Shown here piece by piece: positions 57,814-64,000 of a stretch of DNA of 64,000 nt. Position 1 is the first letter of the stretch. Every line of letters starts with the position of its first letter. Source of the DNA: Candidatus Cloacimonadales bacterium (GTDB lineage Bacteria > Cloacimonadota > Cloacimonadia > Cloacimonadales > JAFGVF01); NCBI GenBank assembly GCA_963677495.2, contig CAXXOU010000004.1:832001-896000 (forward strand). Reading direction: 5' to 3'. A program made the translations under genes and the position numbers. Under the pieces are notes generated by a model, which saw nothing but the letters and a program-made list of their open reading frames with translations, searched no databases and was not told where the DNA came from.

Positions 57814-60105
57814 CTACTTCAACAGCATCATCTTCTTAGTTATATCAGTAGAACCACTCTTAAATCTATAGAAATAGACTCCTGAACTCACAGCATTATT
57901 GTTAGCATCATCGCCATTCCAGATGACTGAGTGTTTACCTTGCGTGTATCGTTTATCGGAGAGAGTCTTTATCTTTTGCCCTTTGATATTAAAGATGGAA
58001 ATGTTAACATCTCCTTGATGGGAAAGATTAAATTCTATCTTCGTAGTTGGATTAAAAGGATTAGGATAGTTCGAAAGAGTAATCCTGTTAGGCTCAAGCT
58101 GCGGATTTACTTCATCATCATCAACACCGAGTGGGAGTGTTGTTAAGAAGGGATAACCATCGTTATGTTCAGGTTCAATATACCAGTAGTCCTCATCATT
58201 CCAAGGTTGAGTAATAAATCCCCACTCGAAGTCAGTATAGGTGGACATTGTCTTCATCTCAGTAGTAGTTCTGCCCATTCCACCATAACTCATTGTTTTG
58301 CCTGATGTCTCAATATCCCAAAAGCAATTGTACTCAATGGCACCATCATGATCTAGTCCAATGAATCCCCACCCATCCGGGCAATCAACATAACCAGTGC
58401 TATATGATTTATATATAATAGACTCAGAGTTACTTACTGCACCAATAAAACCGCCGGCAGTACTATCAGCTACTACCATCCCGGTGCTATAACAATTGTC
58501 TATCTCATGTGAATGGCTGCTTCCTATAAAACCACCTACTCTATAGTTACCCTCAACATTTGAGGTACTGTAGCTATTAGAGATTTCTGATACACTATTC
58601 CATCCAATCAAACCACCAACTCCTTGTCTACCCGTTATACTGTTTGTCGTATAACAATTGGAGATAAATGAATGACTATTACAATCACCTACTAAGCCAC
58701 CAAATGCGTATCCATAAAGGGTATTATCTGTAACTGTTCCGGTAGCGTGGGAGTTAGTTATTGTAGTTCTACTACAATCTCCAATTAAACCACCTACTCT
58801 AGTTGTTCCAAATACAGTTGAGTTGGAAGAACAGTTTTCAATAGTACAGTTGTAGGAAGCTCCTAATAATGCTCCTGAGTAACTACCGGCATCGAGGACA
58901 ATGTTAACTTGGCAGTTAAACAGGTCTAAATCCCTTCCATATCCTGCAATTCCACCAGATTGATAACCTCCGTTCAATTCGCCTGAGATAAGGCAATTAT
59001 TGAATGTTGAATCTGTTGCTCTTCCGCTAATCATCCCGGTGTACCGTTTCCCTGATACGGTTGAGTTACTAATAACTAAGTCTTCAAATGATGCGTTATA
59101 TGTATAACCAAATAAACCCACATAGGCTTGCTCTTCGTAGTTAAGATGAAGATTTGTTATACTGTGTCCATTCCCATTAAATGAACCTGTAAACATTGGA
59201 AAGTATATGTTTGTGAGAGCAGATAAATCAATGCTATTTGTTAACTCGAAACTATAAGCATCATATCCAAACATCAGCAGAGACTTCAGCTCATCAGCAG
59301 TTGAGATTTGATAAACACCATCAACAGAAGTGAGATAATCATCAACATTCAAATACCTTCCATTATCAAGCCAAGTTTGGAATGTTTGGCTATCTAATGC
59401 ACCAACTTTGATTGTGTGCACATCTTCTATAAGTACAGATTCATAATCATAGAAACTGTTTTGAATTACTACATTATTATTAAAGCAATCACCAACCAAG
59501 CCACCTGTCAATCCTTCTGCCCAGGTAAATTCACCAGCATAAGATACAACATCGCAGGTACTAGAACAGTTAGTAATCTGACCATCTGAAAACATACCGA
59601 CAAGACCACCTGTACATTCAGCTCCATGAACTATTCCTGAAGCTGAGCAGTTAATTATATTTCCAGTACCAATTCCAACTAGTGCACCGGAATAACCACC
59701 TAAAACATATATGTTTTCAAGATGTACATTGCTAATAGTTGCATTGTTGATTCCTCCAAATAACCCGGCTACATATCTTCCAATAGGCTCAAGATTACTT
59801 ATAGTATAACCTTGTCCATCATAATTACCTGAAAAGGAATAAGTAAATCCAATATAATGATCCCAATCACCAATAGAGTGAAACCAAACATCATTTAGAC
59901 CGTTATCAGAGCAGTCAATATCAGCAGTTTGGATGATGTGAGAATCCAGCATTGATTGATCAAAACCTAACCATAATAGGTTCTCAAAGTTTGCGATTTG
60001 GTAAGGGTCTGTTTCCGTGCCACTACCTTGTGGTTCAACAGGGTCTGAGTATAGGTTGATAAGAGATGAGAGAATTACCATGATTACTATCAACAGCTTT
60101 TTCAT
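57814..60105 (-). CDS. Secreted GLUG-motif repeat protein with FlgD-Ig/CTD-like C-terminus
   Basis: GSGT..DPY.I, F.G.YDG.G.TI.NL, many GGLVG...I.N.Y.TG repeats, FWD.ET, NYPNPFNPTT...KKM.LLK. Confidence 0.85.
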   Translation of the reverse strand: MKKLLIVIMVILSSLINLYSDPVEPQGSGTETDPYQIANFENLLWLGFDQSMLDSHIIQTADIDCSDNGLNDVWFHSIGDWDHYIGFTYSFSGNYDGQGYTISNLEPIGRYVAGLFGGINNATISNVHLENIYVLGGYSGALVGIGTGNIINCSASGIVHGAECTGGLVGMFSDGQITNCSSTCDVVSYAGEFTWAEGLTGGLVGDCFNNNVVIQNSFYDYESVLIEDVHTIKVGALDSQTFQTWLDNGRYLNVDDYLTSVDGVYQISTADELKSLLMFGYDAYSFELTNSIDLSALTNIYFPMFTGSFNGNGHSITNLHLNYEEQAYVGLFGYTYNASFEDLVISNSTVSGKRYTGMISGRATDSTFNNCLISGELNGGYQSGGIAGYGRDLDLFNCQVNIVLDAGSYSGALLGASYNCTIENCSSNSTVFGTTRVGGLIGDCSRTTITNSHATGTVTDNTLYGYAFGGLVGDCNSHSFISNCYTTNSITGRQGVGGLIGWNSVSEISNSYSTSNVEGNYRVGGFIGSSHSHEIDNCYSTGMVVADSTAGGFIGAVSNSESIIYKSYSTGYVDCPDGWGFIGLDHDGAIEYNCFWDIETSGKTMSYGGMGRTTTEMKTMSTYTDFEWGFITQPWNDEDYWYIEPEHNDGYPFLTTLPLGVDDDEVNPQLEPNRITLSNYPNPFNPTTKIEFNLSHQGDVNISIFNIKGQKIKTLSDKRYTQGKHSVIWNGDDANNNAVSSGVYFYRFKSGSTDITKKMMLLK

Positions 60106-60275
60106 AATACCTCCAAAAGTATTGCATTGCCTGATAGTTTATGGTGATAGAGAGATTAGGATTAATCTAGCTATCAGCATAAACATCTACATTATTGATA
60201 TGTAAATCTAGCGTGTCAAGGATTTAGTTTTTTACACCTTGGTCTTTTAAAGTATTCTCTTATTGTACTATTCAA

Positions 60276-60610
60276 CAAAACGCAGTCATCCCACTGTTTT
60301 CCCACTGTGCACGCACTGTGCACCCAGTGAAACAGTGGGTTGGTAGTGCCTTCACAGTGCGTACACAGTGCAAACGCAGTGCGTTGATGGATAGAGCAGT
60401 AAAAGAGAGTAAAAAGGGCAATAAATATAGCTAAGTCATTGCAAATCGCACTGTGTATGTCTATTTCGGACTTGCGTTGCAGCGATAGCGTGACGCGAGA
60501 ACGAAATCAGGGATATGCTACATCGGAGTGCATTTTAGGAAGTCCGTTTGCCTTATCAGGCTGACAAACTCCCTGAAATGCGGTAAGTCATTGCAAATCG
60601 CACTGCGTAT
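60276..60610. repeat. Composite repeat, locus 8 (CASTG phased array + B module between 27-nt direct repeats)
   Basis: Near-identical to 12393-12575 and to the reverse complements of 31541-31872 and 3297-3440; direct repeats at 60432-60458 and 60584-60610. Confidence 0.9.
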
Positions 60611-60641
60611 ATCTGTTCATAGCCTAATTGATTGAGATATT

Positions 60642-60667
60642 AAAATTGGGCTGATTACTCAGCCCAA
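60642..60667 (-). terminator. Putative terminator after era
   Basis: TTGGGCTGA-TTAC-TCAGCCCAA hairpin with an A-run on the left. Confidence 0.6.
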
Positions 60668-60686
60668 GATAAATCTATTGTTTAGT

Positions 60687-61574
60687 TTAGAAACCTAACT
60701 CTTTTAGATAAAGGTTATTCTTTCTCCAGGATTTCTTTACTTTTACCCAAAGATGGACAAGAACCTTTGTCTCAAGCATCTTGCTTAAATCCTTTTCAAC
60801 AGCAATCCTAATCTTTTTAAGACCACTACCTCTAGAACCGATAATTATAGGTTTTTGACTCTCACGTTCAATCCAGATTGTAGCATCAATATTGATAACA
60901 TCCGGTTCCTCCTTATATCGATCAACCATCACAGCTGTGGAATATGGTACTTCTTTATCAAATATGAGGAAAATCTTTTCCCTTATCATCTCTTGAGCGA
61001 AGAAACGCATTGGGAGATCAGATAAGTTTTCAGGATCATAGAAGGGAGGTGAATATGGAAGCAAATCAGTAAGTTTTTGCATTAATGCTTCATTGTTAGT
61101 TCCTTTCAAGGCTGAAATACCGAAAACATAATCAAACTTCTCTTCAAGAAGCTTCTTCTTCTCCTCGAAGTCTTCATTTGAAGTAAGATCGATTTTGTTT
61201 AACACCGCTACTCTAGGAACTCTGACTTTCCCGGCTTTCTCAATAACCTGATTATCATAATCAGTTGGGAAGTCCCTAATATCAGTCATAAAGAGAACAA
61301 TATCAGCATCCTTCAAAGAGTCTGATATAATATTTCTCATTCGAGTATGAAGCTCATAACGTGGTTCTACAAACCCGGGAGTATCAACAAACACAATCTG
61401 TTTCTGCTTATCGGAATAGATACCTTTGATTGACTGTCTGGTTGTTTGAGGTTTAGGAGTAGTTATTGATAACTTCTCTCCAATTAGGGCATTCAGCAGT
61501 GTTGATTTACCTACGTTGGGCTTACCAATAATGGCAACATATCCGCATTTATAGCTAGTTAAATCTAATTCCAT
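60687..61574 (-). CDS. era: GTPase Era
   Basis: GKPNVGKSTL, KPQTTR, DTPG, NKID, ISA, KH domain with IIIG..G..K, LWVKV. Confidence 0.96.
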   Translation of the reverse strand: MELDLTSYKCGYVAIIGKPNVGKSTLLNALIGEKLSITTPKPQTTRQSIKGIYSDKQKQIVFVDTPGFVEPRYELHTRMRNIISDSLKDADIVLFMTDIRDFPTDYDNQVIEKAGKVRVPRVAVLNKIDLTSNEDFEEKKKLLEEKFDYVFGISALKGTNNEALMQKLTDLLPYSPPFYDPENLSDLPMRFFAQEMIREKIFLIFDKEVPYSTAVMVDRYKEEPDVINIDATIWIERESQKPIIIGSRGSGLKKIRIAVEKDLSKMLETKVLVHLWVKVKKSWRKNNLYLKELGF

Positions 61575-61587
61575 TTTACTCTCTTTA

Positions 61588-61839
61588 TTAATAGAAATTC
61601 CTGGTTGGGGGAGACCAGCTTTTGAGAAACTTCAATATCTCATCAGCATTTTGAACGAAGTCCTTCATGACATTTACCTTGAAAAGCTGCTTCTTCTGAT
61701 CTATAGTTGAATAGTTAAACCAACCCTCAAAAGATTCCAGGATGTAGCCAAGTACTATTACCTCCTCTTTGGGAGTAAAAAGTACTAGTTCTAAAGACCT
61801 ATCTTGCAATACTTTTCTGGTAATAATCTTGAACTTCAT
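61588..61839 (-). CDS. Small protein, DUF4911-like
   Basis: 'LGYILESFEG....ST' pattern; sits between lon and era in an operon. Confidence 0.55.
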   Translation of the reverse strand: MKFKIITRKVLQDRSLELVLFTPKEEVIVLGYILESFEGWFNYSTIDQKKQLFKVNVMKDFVQNADEILKFLKSWSPPTRNFY

Positions 61840-64000
61840 TTACTTAATAGCTTCCTTTAAAACATCTTCTACTTTAGTTGCAAAGATGATATTCATGTCT
61901 TTCTTTATCTCTTCAGGAATCTCTTCCAGATGAATCTTGTTCTTCTCAGGAATAATCACGTTAGTAATTCCCTGACGTTTAGCAGCGATAAGCTTTTCAG
62001 GTAATCCACCAATCGCAAGAACCTGACCGGAAAGAGTGATTTCGCCTGTCATCGCTATGTCATGCCGTACTTTCTTTCCACTAAGAATGGAGATGAAAGC
62101 AGTTGCAATGGTAACACCAGCAGATGGACCATCTTTTGGTATTGCACCTTCTGGAATATGAAGATGAATATCCTTCTTCTTATAGAAATCAGGCTCTATC
62201 TTATACTTCTTAGCATGTAATCGTGCATAGCTTAAAGCAGCCATAGCCGATTCCTTCATAACATCACCAAGCTTTCCTGTGAGTTTAACTCTACCACTAC
62301 CCGGCATTGTTACAACTTCAATCTGCATTGTTTCTCCACCTACAGCTGTCCAGGCTAAACCTGTGACTATACCAACTTTATCACGTTTATTGGCTAATGA
62401 TGATGAGTGGATAGGAATTCCTAAGAACTCTTTTACAGATTTATCGTTAAGGGTTATGCGTTTCTTTATATCACCTTCAACATACTTCCTAACGATCTTA
62501 CGAATAATCTGAGCAAACTTACGTTCAAGCTCACGTACACCTGCTTCACGAGTGTAATTTGATATAACATTACTAATCTGCTTTTCAGGAATAGATATCG
62601 TAACTTTATCACCAATATTGTGCTCTTCAATCTGTTTAGGTATTAGGTGTTTCTTAGCAATATTCTGCTTCTCAAACTGAGTATATCCTGGAATTCTAAT
62701 CAATTCCATACGATCCATTAGAGGTGCCGGGATCCCTGCTAAGCTGTTAGCAGTTGTGATGAACATAACTTTTGAAAGGTCATACCCGAAATCAAGATAA
62801 TGATCTCTAAAATCATTGTTTTGCTCAGGATCAAGTACTTCAAGTAGGGCAGAGGCAGGATCACCACGGAAATCCATACTCATCTTATCTATCTCATCCA
62901 TCATGATCAACGGATTCATTGAACCGGCTTTCTTCATACTTTGGATAATAATACCCGGTATTGCACCGACATAAGTTCGTCTGTGCCCTCTAATCTCAGC
63001 TTCATCTCTAACACCACCTAGAGATATCCGTACAAAATCACGATTTAAAGAACGGGCAATAGAACGACCAAGTGAGGTTTTACCAACTCCCGGAGGTCCT
63101 ACAAAACAGATAATCTGACCTTTGGTCTTCTTAGAAAGCTTTATAACTGAGATGAATTCAAGAATACGCTCTTTAACTTTATCTAATCCATAATGGTCAG
63201 CATCAAGGATCTCACGTGCACCTTTTATATCTACTTCATCTGTCTTCTTCATATCCCAAGGAATATCAAGTATCCAGTTTATATAGTTGAGAACAACTCC
63301 ATACTCTTGTGATTGTGGTGCCATTCTTTGAAGACGTTTTAGCTCTTCATCAAAGCGTTTCTTTGCCATAGGACTAAGGTTAACCTTGTCAGCCTTCTCT
63401 TTAAGCTTTATAAGGTTTGAATCATCTTCTTCTGTGATACCCAGTTCTTTATGGATGATCTTTAACTGCTCATTTAAGTAGTATTCACGTTGCATCTTAT
63501 TAAGAGTCTTCTTCACTCGGCCTTCGATGCGCTGCTCTAGTTTAGCAACTTCAATCTCTCGATTCATAGTTCTCAATAATTCAGCTAATCCGGTTTTGAT
63601 ATTATTGTCATTGAATATTCTTTGCTTAGTGTGAATATCAACATTGAAGTATGTAAGTATAAAATAGAATATCTCCACGGGATCATCAAGAGCATCAAGT
63701 GATTGAATCATCTCTTCGGGAAGAGAATTATTAACAGCTATGTAGTCACTGAACAGAGAGCGTAAGTTACGTTGGTAAGCAGTAAGTTCTATTCTATTAA
63801 CATTGAGTTCTAAATCAGTTCTTACCAGGTTCGCTCTCATAAGTTTTTTAGCATTTATAAAGCGTACAACAGTTGCTCTATACATACCTTCAACCAATAA
63901 ACGGATGTTTCCGTCAGGTAACCTGAAACTTTGAAGAATCTGGCAGACAGTACCAGTTCTGTAAAGCTGTTTTGCTGTTGGATTAGCATCTGACTCATCA
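61840..64000 (-). CDS. lon: Lon protease (5'-truncated by window edge)
   Basis: [49 protein letters not shown]; frame continues to the window end. Confidence 0.96.
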   Translation of the reverse strand, partial: DESDANPTAKQLYRTGTVCQILQSFRLPDGNIRLLVEGMYRATVVRFINAKKLMRANLVRTDLELNVNRIELTAYQRNLRSLFSDYIAVNNSLPEEMIQSLDALDDPVEIFYFILTYFNVDIHTKQRIFNDNNIKTGLAELLRTMNREIEVAKLEQRIEGRVKKTLNKMQREYYLNEQLKIIHKELGITEEDDSNLIKLKEKADKVNLSPMAKKRFDEELKRLQRMAPQSQEYGVVLNYINWILDIPWDMKKTDEVDIKGAREILDADHYGLDKVKERILEFISVIKLSKKTKGQIICFVGPPGVGKTSLGRSIARSLNRDFVRISLGGVRDEAEIRGHRRTYVGAIPGIIIQSMKKAGSMNPLIMMDEIDKMSMDFRGDPASALLEVLDPEQNNDFRDHYLDFGYDLSKVMFITTANSLAGIPAPLMDRMELIRIPGYTQFEKQNIAKKHLIPKQIEEHNIGDKVTISIPEKQISNVISNYTREAGVRELERKFAQIIRKIVRKYVEGDIKKRITLNDKSVKEFLGIPIHSSSLANKRDKVGIVTGLAWTAVGGETMQIEVVTMPGSGRVKLTGKLGDVMKESAMAALSYARLHAKKYKIEPDFYKKKDIHLHIPEGAIPKDGPSAGVTIATAFISILSGKKVRHDIAMTGEITLSGQVLAIGGLPEKLIAAKRQGITNVIIPEKNKIHLEEIPEEIKKDMNIIFATKVEDVLKEAIK

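Overview
A 64-kb AT-rich bacterial chromosomal segment. It is most consistent with an anaerobic FCB-group organism such as Cloacimonadota; this is inferred from the C25 gingipain-like and GLUG proteins with FlgD-Ig C-terminal domains, Gram-negative envelope genes and mutAB. Housekeeping and metabolic content: aroB (partial), ABC exporters, tRNA-Pro plus two tRNA-Val, an FMN-riboswitch-controlled ribD-ribE-ribBA-ribH operon, tcdA, a GT9 LPS transferase, ispG, a TamA/BamA-like protein, truA, hutH, hutI, mutAB, an ABC-F protein, a xanthine-dehydrogenase-like/YgeW/PLP/MocA/XdhC cluster, a Ni/Co transporter with DUF1007, an msbA-like exporter, secDF, era and lon (partial). Accessory genes include a DUF262 + HEPN pair (candidate defence system) and a DUF3825 protein. 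The most unusual signal is non-coding. Eight intergenic spacers are built from shuffled, nested, multi-copy palindromic modules, with no transposase or recombinase in the window. Among them is a recurring architecture of inverted arrays of 5-6-nt motifs spaced exactly 11 bp apart, seen with six different core motifs. Also notable are a MocA-like gene with no canonical start, directly in frame behind a TAG, and a small candidate leader ORF upstream of secDF. All family calls come from motif recognition by eye; no database searches were run.
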